This document shows, in pieces, positions 30,718-41,710 of a stretch of 51,561 nucleotides of DNA; the first letter of the stretch is position 1, and each line of letters begins with the position of its first letter. A program made the position numbers and the translations under genes. Source of the stretch: Snowella sp. (lineage in GTDB: Bacteria; Cyanobacteriota; Cyanobacteriia; Cyanobacteriales; Microcystaceae); assembly GCA_035285545.1 (NCBI GenBank), contig JAYKGY010000018.1:1-51561 (forward strand). The letters are read 5' to 3'. A model generated the notes under the pieces. It worked only from the letters and a program-made list of their open reading frames with translations, was not told where the DNA came from and did not search any database.

Positions 30718-32052
30718 TTACGCGGATTCCGGTTTAGGGAGGGATGAGGGATGGACTAATAATTCTGCCGTAGAACGTTTTTCCACCATGTCGCGAGTAA
30801 TGGTACAGCGTTTGACATCAGCACGAGAAGGAAGTTCGTACATGACCTCTAGCATTAATTCTTCTACGATGCCGCGTAAGGCTCTGGCTCCGGTTTTGCG
30901 TCGATAGGCTTCTTTCGCGATCGCGCGGATAGCATCGGGTTTGAACTCTAATTGAACATTGTCCATGCCTAAGAGTTTTTGATATTGCTTCACTAAGGCA
31001 TTACGGGGTTGGGTGAGAATGGCAATCAGGGTGTCTTCATCCAGCGGATCGAGGGAAGCCATCACAGGAATACGACCCACAAATTCGGGAATCATGCCAA
31101 ATTTCACCAAATCATCGGGTTCCACTTGCTTCATTAAGTCAGCCGTTCGTTGCTCCTTACTTTGGGGAGTATCTCCGGTCGGCCGGATAAAACCCATTGA
31201 TTTTTTGCCTAAGCGTTGATCCACGACCTTATCTAGCCCGACAAAGGCTCCACCACAGATAAAGAGAATATTGCTGGTATCAATTTGAATACAGTCTTGA
31301 TAGGGATGTTTTCGACCGCCCTGGGGGGGGACATTGGCGATCGTCCCTTCTAACATTTTTAAGAGAGCTTGCTGGACTCCTTCCCCTGACACATCACGGG
31401 TAATAGAGGGATTTTCACTCTTGCGGGCAATTTTATCAATTTCGTCAATGTAGATAATGCCTCGTTGGGCTTCTTCCACGTCCAGATCTGCCACTTGGAG
31501 CAAGCGCAGCAAAATATTTTCCACGTCTTCCCCAACATAGCCCGCTTCCGTCAGTGTGGTGGCATCGGCAACCGCAAAGGGTACGTCTAAAATCTTAGCC
31601 AAGGTTTGAGCTAATAGGGTTTTTCCCGATCCCGTTGGCCCGACGAGTAAAATATTAGATTTCTGTAATTCGATGGGATCTTCCGTTTCTCCGTCCTTAT
31701 TGGCTTGGATAACACTCAGCCGCTTGTAGTGGTTATAAACGGCGACGGATAGGACTTTTTTGGCATCATCCTGTCCAATCACGTAATCATCTAAATATTT
31801 TTTGATTTCGGTGGGCTTAGGCAGTTGGCCAAGGGAAAGGCGATCGCTGTGGGGACGACGTTTAGGCTTATCGGAATGGTGAGGAGCATGGGCCGCACTG
31901 GGCGGCTCTAACAATTCCTCATCTAAAATTTCATTACATAGCTCAACACATTCGTCGCAAATATAGACTCCCGGCCCTGCGATTAATTTTCGCACTTGTT
32001 CCTGGGATTTACCACAAAACGAACATTTTAGGTGGGAGTCGTATTTAGACAT
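30718..32052 (-). CDS. clpX: ATP-dependent Clp protease ATP-binding subunit
   Basis: CSFCGK...CDEC zinc finger, [19 protein letters not shown] loop. Confidence 0.97.
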   Translation of the reverse strand: MSKYDSHLKCSFCGKSQEQVRKLIAGPGVYICDECVELCNEILDEELLEPPSAAHAPHHSDKPKRRPHSDRLSLGQLPKPTEIKKYLDDYVIGQDDAKKVLSVAVYNHYKRLSVIQANKDGETEDPIELQKSNILLVGPTGSGKTLLAQTLAKILDVPFAVADATTLTEAGYVGEDVENILLRLLQVADLDVEEAQRGIIYIDEIDKIARKSENPSITRDVSGEGVQQALLKMLEGTIANVPPQGGRKHPYQDCIQIDTSNILFICGGAFVGLDKVVDQRLGKKSMGFIRPTGDTPQSKEQRTADLMKQVEPDDLVKFGMIPEFVGRIPVMASLDPLDEDTLIAILTQPRNALVKQYQKLLGMDNVQLEFKPDAIRAIAKEAYRRKTGARALRGIVEELMLEVMYELPSRADVKRCTITRDMVEKRSTAELLVHPSSLPKPESA

Positions 32053-32057
32053 AGCAC

Positions 32058-32735
32058 TTAGCTCAACGAGGTGACAGGAACAGTCGGATCAGGCAGGTTG
32101 GGACGAATGATCACCCGATCAATTAGTCCGTATTCTTGGGCTTCCTGGGCGGACATAAAGAAATCCCGCTCCGTATCCGCCGCAATGCGGTCATAGGGTT
32201 GGCCCGTATGCTCCGATAGCATCGTATTCAAACGCTCTTTAATATAAAGGATTTCTTTGGCTTGAATTTCGATTTCTACCGCTTGTCCTTGGGCCCCGCC
32301 GAGGGGTTGGTGAATCATAATGCGGGAACTGGGGAGAGCCATCCGCTTACCAGCCGCACCAGCGGTTAACAAAAAGGCTCCCATACTAGCCGCTAATCCA
32401 AAACAAATGGTGGCAACATCGGGGCGAATTTGTTGCATGGTATCGTAAATCGCTAAGCCCGCATAAACTGAGCCACCTGGCGAATTGATGTAAAGTTGGA
32501 TATCTTTTTCAGGGTCTTCGGCATCCAGAAAAAGTAATTGGGCCACAATGGAATCTGCGACTTGATCATCCACCGGAGTCCCTAAAAAAATGATGCGTTC
32601 CCGCAATAGACGGGAGTAAATATCAAAGGCCCGTTCTCCCATCCCAGATTGCTCTACCACCATGGGCACAACATTTTGGATATCGGAGCCTCGATAACTA
32701 CAGATGGGATAATTTGGCGATCGCGATTGAACCAT
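32058..32735 (-). CDS. clpP: ClpP proteolytic subunit (ClpP2-type position)
   Basis: [31 protein letters not shown] at 32735 is the probable start. Confidence 0.95.
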   Translation of the reverse strand: MVQSRSPNYPICSYRGSDIQNVVPMVVEQSGMGERAFDIYSRLLRERIIFLGTPVDDQVADSIVAQLLFLDAEDPEKDIQLYINSPGGSVYAGLAIYDTMQQIRPDVATICFGLAASMGAFLLTAGAAGKRMALPSSRIMIHQPLGGAQGQAVEIEIQAKEILYIKERLNTMLSEHTGQPYDRIAADTERDFFMSAQEAQEYGLIDRVIIRPNLPDPTVPVTSLS

Positions 32736-32956
32736 AGCAAAAAGATTGTTAAAAAGAGGTTTAATTGGGCCGCTTACACACAGAATACCCAAATTTGGGA
32801 AGAATTTTCACATTCCCACTCCCCATTATGCCTTAAAGTTACAGAGAATGGGATAACGGATAATTCATCAGAATTAGGATTTTACTGAGGTTTAACCAGC
32901 AAGAACCCAATTGTTTGCCCATGAGAAGTCCTACTCAATAAACTCAATAAGAAGAA

Positions 32957-34354
32957 TTAAGCTTCTTCAGTGACTTCTACGGCCTCCGCTTCTACGGTTG
33001 CGTTTGCTGCTGCTTCCTCCGCTTCTTCCGGTGGGGTTAAAGTCCCCTGGGGCACTAATTCCACTTTAACTTTTTCCTGGAGAGCTTCTAAGGTTTTTTC
33101 GGCGGTTAATTCTTCAGTAACAATGGCACGAAGTCTTTCCAGATCAATCTTTTCACCGGATAATCGTGAGCGAATTTCATTAGACCGTTCTTGGATCTCA
33201 CTGTCGGCTACGGCGATCGCTTCGGACTGAGCAACCTGTTTGAGGATTAAATTTTGCTTGAGACGTTGAACCGCTTCGGAGCGAGCATTGTCTCGCAGTT
33301 GGGGAATATTGTCCTGGGTAAAGATGGCGCGGGGATCAATTCCCATTTGTTCTAACCGCATTAAGGTTTCCCGTAAAACTTGGGTGATTTCCTCTTGGAC
33401 TAAGGATTCAGGAATTTCCACTTCGGAAATTTTAACCAACTCATTGACAATCGCCGTATCAATGTTGTTATTGGTTGCCTCTTCTGCTTCTTCACGATAT
33501 TCCTTTTCGAGGGAAGTCTTGAGTTCTTCTAGGGTTTCAAATTCACTGACTTCTTCAGCAAAATCATCATCTAATTCCGGTAACTCTTTGGCTTTTAATT
33601 CTTTAAGCGTAATTTCAAACAGAACGGGTTTACCAGCGACCTGTTCCATTGGGTAGTCTTTTGGGAAAGTGACGGTAATTTCCTTCGCTTCTTCAGCTTG
33701 CATTCCCACAATGCCTTCCACCATCCCTTCAACTAGGGTTCCCGATTTGAGGTTCACTTTGAAGTCGGTGTCTTTAATGTCCGCGATCGCCTCGCCTTTT
33801 TCACCCGTTTCCGTCACTTCATAGGCTTGGTAATCGATAATGGCCACATCTTCCCAGTCCGCAGCCCGATCTTCAACCGGAATCAACGTGGCTAATTTTT
33901 CTTGGCGTTCTTTAAACCAATTTTCCACTTCTTCTGGATTATAGGGAACTTCTTCCGCTTGAACACTGAGCGAGCTATAATCCCCCAGTTGAATAATGGG
34001 CGGGACTTCAATAATGGCGGAAAAGGTAAACGCATTGCCCGGCGTAAATTGTTCAACCAGTTCCTCAAAAGGGGTTTTGAGTTGGTAATTGCCCAAGGAT
34101 TCGATTGCTTCTTGTTCAATCGCGTCACTTAAGCTCGATTTGATCAGTTCTTCGAGGGTTACTGCTTTGACATGTAGCCCTAATTTTTGCACGACAACTT
34201 GGCGGGGAACTTTGCCTTTCCGAAACCCAGGAATATTCGCGTTACGGGCAACGTTTTGTAGGTTGGTGTTATAAACCTTCTGAGACGTTTCGGCTGGAAT
34301 TTCAATTTCTAAACCGAGTTGACTATCCGGGAGTTTTTCCTGGGTGACTTTCAT
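32957..34354 (-). CDS. tig: Trigger factor
   Basis: IPGFRKGKVP ribosome-binding motif, FKBP domain, ELPELDDDFA. Confidence 0.96.
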   Translation of the reverse strand: MKVTQEKLPDSQLGLEIEIPAETSQKVYNTNLQNVARNANIPGFRKGKVPRQVVVQKLGLHVKAVTLEELIKSSLSDAIEQEAIESLGNYQLKTPFEELVEQFTPGNAFTFSAIIEVPPIIQLGDYSSLSVQAEEVPYNPEEVENWFKERQEKLATLIPVEDRAADWEDVAIIDYQAYEVTETGEKGEAIADIKDTDFKVNLKSGTLVEGMVEGIVGMQAEEAKEITVTFPKDYPMEQVAGKPVLFEITLKELKAKELPELDDDFAEEVSEFETLEELKTSLEKEYREEAEEATNNNIDTAIVNELVKISEVEIPESLVQEEITQVLRETLMRLEQMGIDPRAIFTQDNIPQLRDNARSEAVQRLKQNLILKQVAQSEAIAVADSEIQERSNEIRSRLSGEKIDLERLRAIVTEELTAEKTLEALQEKVKVELVPQGTLTPPEEAEEAAANATVEAEAVEVTEEA

Positions 34355-34987
34355 TGATACCTAATCGTAAATTACTAAATGTTGAACATCAAGAGTATTG
34401 GAGCAGTGCCACTCGCTTTAGTGCTGACTCAGCTAACTAATCGTGGTATGCTTATGGAGGCGATCGCGTGACCCTCATCGCTCAATGGGGTGCGTTTTCT
34501 AACCGACCTTTTGTGATCATAATTCATTTAAGGCCAGAAAGTTTAGGTTTCTGCTAAAGTTGTCATGCGGACTGATACCAAGGCGGCTGAATCGCTGCTG
34601 GGGTTTATCACCCAATCTCGCTAGCCCAATTCCCTCACTCATAAACGGAATTGTTCTGGATTGATTTCGTTTAATTAAATCCTTCCGAAGAAGTGCTTCA
34701 AGCAGTAAAATGCGTTTATCAGAATCTTCCTCAAGGTAGAATCAGAGTCCAGTCATCCCAAGGCTAAATCAATCCTGCTAGTTTAGGTTAACTTGGTCTT
34801 ATACAGACAACTACAATGATTAATTTTTTTATATTAAGTTTAAGTGTATATAAATATTATTGATATTGATTAAAATTTGCCTATTTACCCGCATCAGTTG
34901 AGTTTCAATTCTTGAATCATTTTCTTTAAAATTTAAAGCTCAGTTGACTATTTTACCGTTTATTGTCCCCTCTGGAAGGAGTGTCAC

Positions 34988-36025
34988 TTGTCTAAACCCT
35001 TGCGTGTTGCTATTTTCGGTGCAACCGGAGCCGTCGGAACCGAACTGTTAGAACTATTAGAATCTCGTCAATTTCCTGTCGCAGAACTTAAATTGTTAGC
35101 ATCGCCTCGCTCGGCGGGCAAAACGTTAACGTTTAAAGGCACGTCCCTAGTGGTGGAAGCCGTTAATGAAAATTCTTTTAACAATATCGATCTCGTTTTA
35201 GCCTCTGCGGGGGGATCGAGTTCTAAGGCTTGGGCCAAGACAATTGTGGAATCAGGCGCGGTGATGATTGATAATTCCAGTGCTTTCCGCATGGATCCGT
35301 CAGTTCCCTTGGTGGTTCCTGAAATTAATCCCGAAGCGGCGGCACAACATCAAGGAATTATTGCCAATCCCAATTGCACGACAATTTTGCTGGGGGTGGC
35401 CATTTATCCCTTGCATAAAGTTCAACCCATCAAGCGCGTTGTCGTTGCGACCTATCAATCCGCGAGTGGCGCAGGGGCTAGGGCAATGGAAGAGGTGAAG
35501 CATCAATCCGCCGCTATTTTGGCAGGAGAAGAACCTAAAGCCGAAATTCTGCCCTATCCTTTAGCCTTTAATCTTTTTCCCCACAATTCACCCTTAACCG
35601 ATATGGGTTACTGCGAGGAAGAGTTAAAAATGGTCAACGAAACGCGCAAGATCTTTAATGATCCTGATATTCGAGTAACCGCCACCTGTGTCCGAGTTCC
35701 CGTTCTGCGGGCCCACTCTGAAGCCGTTAATCTGGAATTTGACAGTCCTTTTTCGGTTGAAAAAGCCAGGGAAATTTTAGCCCATGCTCCTGGGGTCAAA
35801 CTCGTTGAGAATTGGCAGTCGAATTATTTTCCCATGCCCATTGATGCGACGGGGCAAGATGAGGTTTTAGTCGGGCGCATTCGTCAGGATTTATCCCATC
35901 CCAACGGGTTAGAATTATGGCTCTGTGGCGACCAAATTCGTAAAGGAGCGGCCCTGAATGCCATTCAAATTGCGGAGTTGCTAGTTCAGAAGAATTTGTT
36001 CCGTGCTTCGGCGATCGCGGTTTAG
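34988..36025 (+). CDS. asd: Aspartate-semialdehyde dehydrogenase
   Basis: GATGAVG, DNSSAFR, NPNCTT, YQSASGAG, HSE, DQIRKGAA. TTG start with an AAGGAG RBS. Confidence 0.96.
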   Translation: MSKPLRVAIFGATGAVGTELLELLESRQFPVAELKLLASPRSAGKTLTFKGTSLVVEAVNENSFNNIDLVLASAGGSSSKAWAKTIVESGAVMIDNSSAFRMDPSVPLVVPEINPEAAAQHQGIIANPNCTTILLGVAIYPLHKVQPIKRVVVATYQSASGAGARAMEEVKHQSAAILAGEEPKAEILPYPLAFNLFPHNSPLTDMGYCEEELKMVNETRKIFNDPDIRVTATCVRVPVLRAHSEAVNLEFDSPFSVEKAREILAHAPGVKLVENWQSNYFPMPIDATGQDEVLVGRIRQDLSHPNGLELWLCGDQIRKGAALNAIQIAELLVQKNLFRASAIAV

Positions 36026-36121
36026 CGGTTTAAAGGTGAATTTACGTTACCATTAGGAACTTGCTGAACCTTTTTGGCTCAATAGTTGTACGATTAAATT
36101 TCCACTGAATTCCTTGGGTTT

Positions 36122-37012
36122 ATGAATCAACCGCTCTTTGGACGAGTGATTACTGCAATGGTCACTCCTTTCGATGAAACAGGTCATGTCAATTACGCGA
36201 TCGCTGAACAACTCGCTGATTATTTAGTGAATAATGGCAGTGATGCATTGGTTGTCTGTGGCACGACGGGAGAATCACCAACACTAACTTGGGATGAAGA
36301 GTATCAGTTATTTAAAGTGGTTAAAAATGCCGTTGGCAATCGGGCCAAAGTGATTGCGGGAACGGGGTCAAATTCTACCAAAGAGGCGATCGCGGCGACC
36401 CAAGAAGCGGTTAAACTACAGCTAGATGGTTCCCTTCAGGTGGTGCCCTATTACAACAAACCTCCCCAGGAAGGACTCTACGCCCATTTCAAAGCGATCG
36501 CGGAATCGGCTCCTGACCTCCCCTTGATGTTATACAATATCCCAGGGAGAACAGGGCAAAACCTGTTACCAGAGACGGTGGCCAAATTAGCTCAGATTGA
36601 TAATATTATTGCTATCAAAGAAGCCAGTGGCAGCCTCGATCAAGCTTCCCAAATTCGACGTTCAACCGATCCGGATTTCGCCATTTATGCGGGCGATGAC
36701 CTCTTAACCTTACCCTTACTCGCCATTGGCGGAGCAGGCATTGTTAGTGTGGCCAGTCACCTAGTGGGTAAAGAGATTAAAAATATTGTTGAATCTTTTC
36801 TTTCAGGCGATATTACCACCGCGATCAATATCCATCTAAAATTATTTCCCCTTTTTAAAGCCCTCTTTTGTACGACTAATCCCATCCCACTCAAAGCGGC
36901 TCTCAATTTACAACAGTGGAAAGTCGGTGGTGTCCGTTTACCCCTCTACGAAATATCAGAGGAACACAAAGAACAAATCACCACGGTTTTAAAGGAATTA
37001 GCATTAATTTAA
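36122..37012 (+). CDS. dapA: 4-hydroxy-tetrahydrodipicolinate synthase
   Basis: GTTGES, PYYNKP, YNIPGRT, IKEAS. Confidence 0.96.
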   Translation: MNQPLFGRVITAMVTPFDETGHVNYAIAEQLADYLVNNGSDALVVCGTTGESPTLTWDEEYQLFKVVKNAVGNRAKVIAGTGSNSTKEAIAATQEAVKLQLDGSLQVVPYYNKPPQEGLYAHFKAIAESAPDLPLMLYNIPGRTGQNLLPETVAKLAQIDNIIAIKEASGSLDQASQIRRSTDPDFAIYAGDDLLTLPLLAIGGAGIVSVASHLVGKEIKNIVESFLSGDITTAINIHLKLFPLFKALFCTTNPIPLKAALNLQQWKVGGVRLPLYEISEEHKEQITTVLKELALI

Positions 37013-37511
37013 TCTGTGTTGACAGCCCATTGCTTCCAGTTTCATTGCTCCGAATATTTGAATCATAACTCCCCAGAATTCGATTTAATTTTTATTGAAA
37101 ATAGATTATTTTATGTTACAATCAGCAGTATATAGAAAAACGTAAAAAAATGATTTTTGTGAATAGAATAAATTACTTTAAATTGCATTATATAAAAACT
37201 AATAATTTCCTAGCTCCATCATCAAAAGCTGAAGAGAAAAGCACAATAAACAAAATCTCTTGATACCGCTGATTAAGCCAAACGATTGTATGAAGGATGA
37301 CAAATGACGTAACTCGCTTAGGCTAATTATCCTTAGTATTGATTCTTATCCCAATAAATAAAGATTCATCGGCTAAAAATTGCGCTACTCAGAATAAGTT
37401 TTGATTTTTTCATGATTGCCTCAGTTAATTCCAGCAACCATTAATTTTTTATCTACTCTATCGATTTTTCAACGCTCATTATGATTAACCTAACAACTCT
37501 CTTGGAGGAAA

Positions 37512-39359
37512 ATGACTAATAACGAAAAACAACAACCCACTTTAAAAATTATTCCCTTGGGCGGACTCCATGAAATTGGAAAAAATACCTGCGTTTTTGA
37601 ATATGATGACGAAATTATTTTGTTAGACGCAGGAATTGCCTTTCCGACCGACGAAATGCACGGGATTAATGTCGTATTACCTGACATGACCTATTTGCGA
37701 GAAAATCGCCATAAAATCCAAGGAATGATCGTTACCCACGGTCATGAAGACCATATTGGCGGAATTTCCTATCATCTCAAGCAATTTGATATTCCCATTA
37801 TCTACGGGCCCCGCTTAGCCATGGCCTTACTCCGGGATAAGTTAGAAGAATCGGGAATGACAAAACGCACGAATTTAAAAAGTGTGCAGCCACGGGAAAT
37901 GGTACGGTTGGGGAAAAACTTTTTGGTGGAATTTATCCGCAATACCCACTCCATGGCGGATAGTTTTTGTGTGGCGATTCACACACCTTTGGGGGTCGTG
38001 ATTCACAGTGGAGATTTTAAAATTGACCATACCCCCGTTGATGGCGAATATTTTGATCTGCAACGTTTAGCAGATTATGGCGAAAAAGGAGTTCTCTGTC
38101 TTCTGAGCGACTCGACAAACGCCGAAGTGCCGGGTACCACGCCTTCTGAACAATCTGTTGTACCGAATTTAGACCGAATTTTTGCTGAGTCTAAGGGTCG
38201 GATCATGGTGACGACTTTTGCTTCGTCTGTCCATCGGGTCAATATTATTTTGAACTTAGCTTACAAACATAAGCGAAAAGTCGCCGTTGTTGGCCGTTCG
38301 ATGTTAAATGTCATTGCCCATGCCCGAAATTTAGGCTATATCAAATGTCCTGATGAGGTGTTTGTTCCCTTAAAAGCTTCTCGAAATCTGCCTGATGATC
38401 AAATTGTGATCCTCACCACTGGCTCCCAAGGGGAACCCTTAGCGGCCATGACTCGTATTTCTAAGGGAGAACATCCCCAAATCAAAATTCGTCAAGGAGA
38501 CACGGTAATTTTCTCAGCTAATCCCATTCCAGGGAATACGATCGCGGTAGTGAGTACCATTGATCGGTTGATGATGCAGGGGGCTAACGTGATTTATGGA
38601 CGAGATAAAGGCATTCACGTTTCGGGTCACGGCTCCCAGGAAGAACATAAGCTGATGCTGGCTTTAACCAAGCCCCAATTCTTTATCCCCGTGCATGGAG
38701 AACACCGCATGTTAGTGAAACATGCCAAAATGGCTCAAGCGATGGGAATACCAACGGAAAATACCGTGATTGTTGATAATGGCGATATTATCGAAGTGAC
38801 TTCTGAGCGGATTGGGGTGAATGGCAAAGTTCAATCGGGCATTGAGTTAGTGGATCAAGCCGGAATTGTTCACGAACATATCATGCTGGAACGGCAACAA
38901 CTGGCTGAAGATGGCGTAGTTACGATCGCGGCTGCCCTGAGTCAGGAAGGAAAATTACTAGCCCAACCGGAAGTTCATCTGCGGGGAGTCGTTATGACCG
39001 TTGAGCGATCGCTGTTTCATCAGTTGATTGTTCGCAACATAGAGCGTTTTGTCGTAGAACGCTGGAGCGAATTTGTTATCTCTAGTAATGGAAAGTTCCA
39101 AATCGAGTGGGAAAGACTGCAACGGGAATTGGAAGGCACCTTACAGCGGTTAATCAAACGGGAATTACAAAGTAGCCCCCTAGTCGTTTTCCTCTTGCAA
39201 ATGGAAACATCCATTTTTTCCTCACCGACGGCTAACACGGCTTTAGCCCATACTTCGCCGAATGCTTTGGCAATTAGTATTCCTGAAAAACCGACTAAAC
39301 CCGAAGTTGTGATTACAAAAACCTATCGTCGCAAACGTTCCACGGCCCCAGTATCATAA
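37512..39359 (+). CDS. rnj: Ribonuclease J
   Basis: PLGGLHEIGKN, THGHEDH, DSTNAE, GSQGEP, HVSGH, PVHGE. Confidence 0.95.
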   Translation: MTNNEKQQPTLKIIPLGGLHEIGKNTCVFEYDDEIILLDAGIAFPTDEMHGINVVLPDMTYLRENRHKIQGMIVTHGHEDHIGGISYHLKQFDIPIIYGPRLAMALLRDKLEESGMTKRTNLKSVQPREMVRLGKNFLVEFIRNTHSMADSFCVAIHTPLGVVIHSGDFKIDHTPVDGEYFDLQRLADYGEKGVLCLLSDSTNAEVPGTTPSEQSVVPNLDRIFAESKGRIMVTTFASSVHRVNIILNLAYKHKRKVAVVGRSMLNVIAHARNLGYIKCPDEVFVPLKASRNLPDDQIVILTTGSQGEPLAAMTRISKGEHPQIKIRQGDTVIFSANPIPGNTIAVVSTIDRLMMQGANVIYGRDKGIHVSGHGSQEEHKLMLALTKPQFFIPVHGEHRMLVKHAKMAQAMGIPTENTVIVDNGDIIEVTSERIGVNGKVQSGIELVDQAGIVHEHIMLERQQLAEDGVVTIAAALSQEGKLLAQPEVHLRGVVMTVERSLFHQLIVRNIERFVVERWSEFVISSNGKFQIEWERLQRELEGTLQRLIKRELQSSPLVVFLLQMETSIFSSPTANTALAHTSPNALAISIPEKPTKPEVVITKTYRRKRSTAPVS

Positions 39360-39370
39360 TTCACGCAAAA

Positions 39371-39413
39371 AAGCAGGTAGTTTTCAATTGATTTAGCCTA
39401 AAACTATCTGCTT
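39371..39413 (+). terminator. Long stem-loop after rnj (terminator or stabiliser)
   Basis: 14-bp inverted repeat AAGCAGGTAGTTTT / AAAACTATCTGCTT with one G-U pair. The U-tail is weak. Confidence 0.55.
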
Positions 39414-39457
39414 ATGATATGGTTTGATCGTGTTGTTCATTGTTTGAGTAATTTTTT

Positions 39458-40204
39458 ATGGTAGCGACCCCAACCACCCAGGACGGAAGCAATAATTTAC
39501 TGCAACAAGAAATTCAAGAGCTTTCGTTAACGATCGCGGCAAAAGACCTCGATCCGACCTTATTAAGTGAACAGTTTTTAAAATTTAGTGGTATTGTCCC
39601 CAATGAATGGGAATTAGCACGCCCCCCCATTTTAAATCCAGGGGGTTCCCAGGTGATGTTTAAAAATGGTGTTGGTGTAGTAGCTCAACCCCGAACCATT
39701 ACCTTTATGGAAACCTTGGGAAATAAAAATATTAAGGACGTGCTAGTGGGACAAGTCGCCCATCAATACGTGAGTAAGTTACCTAACGCCGAATATCAAG
39801 GAATTACCATCAGTCCCAAATATTTGGTTCCTTTTCCCAGCAATCCCGATGGAGGGCGGCAATATATTACTAAAACCCTGATTGCGCCTGGCCCTTGGCA
39901 AGATGTCGGTAATGCGCCGATTCAAGCGGGGGTCAATTTTCTCTATCAATTGGATCGCTGTCAGTTGAATTTAAATATTAATCAAGCCACGTTACAGTTA
40001 CCCGATCAGCAATCGATCGCGGCGATTCTATTTGCAGGAAACTTTAACTATCCCATTGAAGGTTATCCTCCCCAGGAACGGTTACCCGTTATTCTCCAAA
40101 GTATCAACGATTGGCAATCGGATTTTACCCTGTTCAAAAGTATTATCAATGACCGTTTTCTCGCCTATCAACAGCCTGAAACGGTATTTGGTAACGTTCG
40201 TTAG
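39458..40204 (+). CDS. Conserved hypothetical protein
   Basis: Long ORF containing FLKFSGIVPNEWEL and LFAGNF segments; function unknown. Confidence 0.7.
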   Translation: MVATPTTQDGSNNLLQQEIQELSLTIAAKDLDPTLLSEQFLKFSGIVPNEWELARPPILNPGGSQVMFKNGVGVVAQPRTITFMETLGNKNIKDVLVGQVAHQYVSKLPNAEYQGITISPKYLVPFPSNPDGGRQYITKTLIAPGPWQDVGNAPIQAGVNFLYQLDRCQLNLNINQATLQLPDQQSIAAILFAGNFNYPIEGYPPQERLPVILQSINDWQSDFTLFKSIINDRFLAYQQPETVFGNVR

Positions 40205-40354
40205 GTTCAGTTCATTTTCTATTTTCTTATTCAGCGATCGCTCTTTTAGATTTTTAGGGTGATCGTTGTTTTTGATAGTCTGAAAAACAGTATTACGCCA
40301 TAGTAAAACCCACATTCCATTCCGTCAATGTCAAATTTCAATCGATTTAAATTT

Positions 40355-41548
40355 CTATCCTTTAAAAAGTTCTAATAAGGGTTGCGTTAACCAATTAAAA
40401 CCAACAGTTAATTGATGTTGCCAAGTGGGTAAACGGTAAAGATAGACTAAACGACGCGCGATCGCCGCAGGCATCCCATTTAATTTCACGCCTAAACCAC
40501 TGAGGGTTGCATTATCAATGCCTAGACTTAACATTTCTCCTAATGCCTGATAACGGAAAGGTAAGAGGGGACGCTGATTAAGGGAAGCCCAGATATTCCA
40601 AGCACAGTAATCAGATTGTTGGAAAGCGACTTGAGCGGTTGCAGGTAAATGTTGGCCCGTTGCATCCTGTCCATCTGCCACATCTCCCAAGGCGTAGAGA
40701 TCGGGATGATCCACGACTTGTAAATAGGTATTCGTGGTTAATAACCCGTTTTTGCTATGGGGTAGGGGTAAATCTTTGATAAAGCCTGATACTTCATTAC
40801 CCACTGTCCAGAGAACGATATCGACGGGAATAGTATCAATTTGTCCTTTGTACAGCAAACTGAGGCTATCGGCGGTGATTTCTGTAACTTCGGTTTCTGA
40901 ATCAATCCAAATATTCCGTTCTTCTAAGGCTTCTTGGGCCGCTTGACGGTTGTATTCAGGAGATAGGGCTAAAATTTTGTCGCTACGTTCAATGAGTCGT
41001 AATCGTCCCCGTTCTCCTAAGCGATCGCTGAGTTTACAAGCTAATTCCACACCACTATAACCACCACCCACAACAGCAATACGAATTTTTTCAGCAGGAG
41101 ATTGTTCTAAAAACCGTAACCGTTCTTTTAATCGGTAGGCATCCTGCAAAGTACGAAAAGGAAGAGCGTAATCACTTACGCCTGGGACACTAGGTAAGGG
41201 TGTTTTGCCACCCATAGCAATAACTAGTTTGTCGTAACCTAAGCTGATAGATTCTTCTAGGCGGACTTGTTGTTGTTCTATGTCGATCGCGGTCACTTGG
41301 CCCTGATGGAAACGAACCCCTGTTTCTGCTAATAACTCTTCAAACGGTGGCGCGATTTCCCAGGTTTGCATTTCCTCTGTCACCAATTCGTACAAAAACG
41401 GCGAGAACAGAAAGCGATCATGCTGATCAATGAGAATAATTTCTGGGGTCTGCGAAGTTTCCCAAGGTAATTGACTGAGGCGGAGGGCCGTATATAATCC
41501 CCCAAAGCCTCCACCTAAAATGCAGATGCGGACACGATTTTCAGCCAT
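40355..41548 (-). CDS. ndbB: Type-II NAD(P)H dehydrogenase, NdbB-like (demethylphylloquinone reductase)
   Basis: RICILGGGFGGLYTALRL, GGGYSGVEL, PATAQVAFQQ, LGEMLSLG. Confidence 0.8.
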   Translation of the reverse strand: MAENRVRICILGGGFGGLYTALRLSQLPWETSQTPEIILIDQHDRFLFSPFLYELVTEEMQTWEIAPPFEELLAETGVRFHQGQVTAIDIEQQQVRLEESISLGYDKLVIAMGGKTPLPSVPGVSDYALPFRTLQDAYRLKERLRFLEQSPAEKIRIAVVGGGYSGVELACKLSDRLGERGRLRLIERSDKILALSPEYNRQAAQEALEERNIWIDSETEVTEITADSLSLLYKGQIDTIPVDIVLWTVGNEVSGFIKDLPLPHSKNGLLTTNTYLQVVDHPDLYALGDVADGQDATGQHLPATAQVAFQQSDYCAWNIWASLNQRPLLPFRYQALGEMLSLGIDNATLSGLGVKLNGMPAAIARRLVYLYRLPTWQHQLTVGFNWLTQPLLELFKG

Positions 41549-41595
41549 ATCAACTAGAGGAGTGAAAGGATCAAAATAGTAAAACAGGTTTTGCG

Positions 41596-41672
41596 TTGCC
41601 CCCTAAATCCCCCAATTCTGGGGGACTTTCAGAAATTATTTCCCCTCAACATTGGAGGGCTAGGGGGGCGAA
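41596..41672. repeat. REP-like, GC-rich palindromic dispersed repeat (three-way junction)
   Basis: Outer stem TTGCCCCCTA / TAGGGGGGCGA enclosing the hairpins TCCCCCA-ATTC-TGGGGGA and CCCTC...GAGGG. Confidence 0.65.
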
Positions 41673-41710
41673 AACATACCGATTATCAGTAACACCACAA
41701 AACCTATTAC

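Noticed and set aside
34560..34987. Canonical lysine riboswitch before asd
   Set aside because: The AGAGGUGC, GCCGAA and CUGUC consensus elements were not found in order. It is kept only as an unknown structured RNA candidate.
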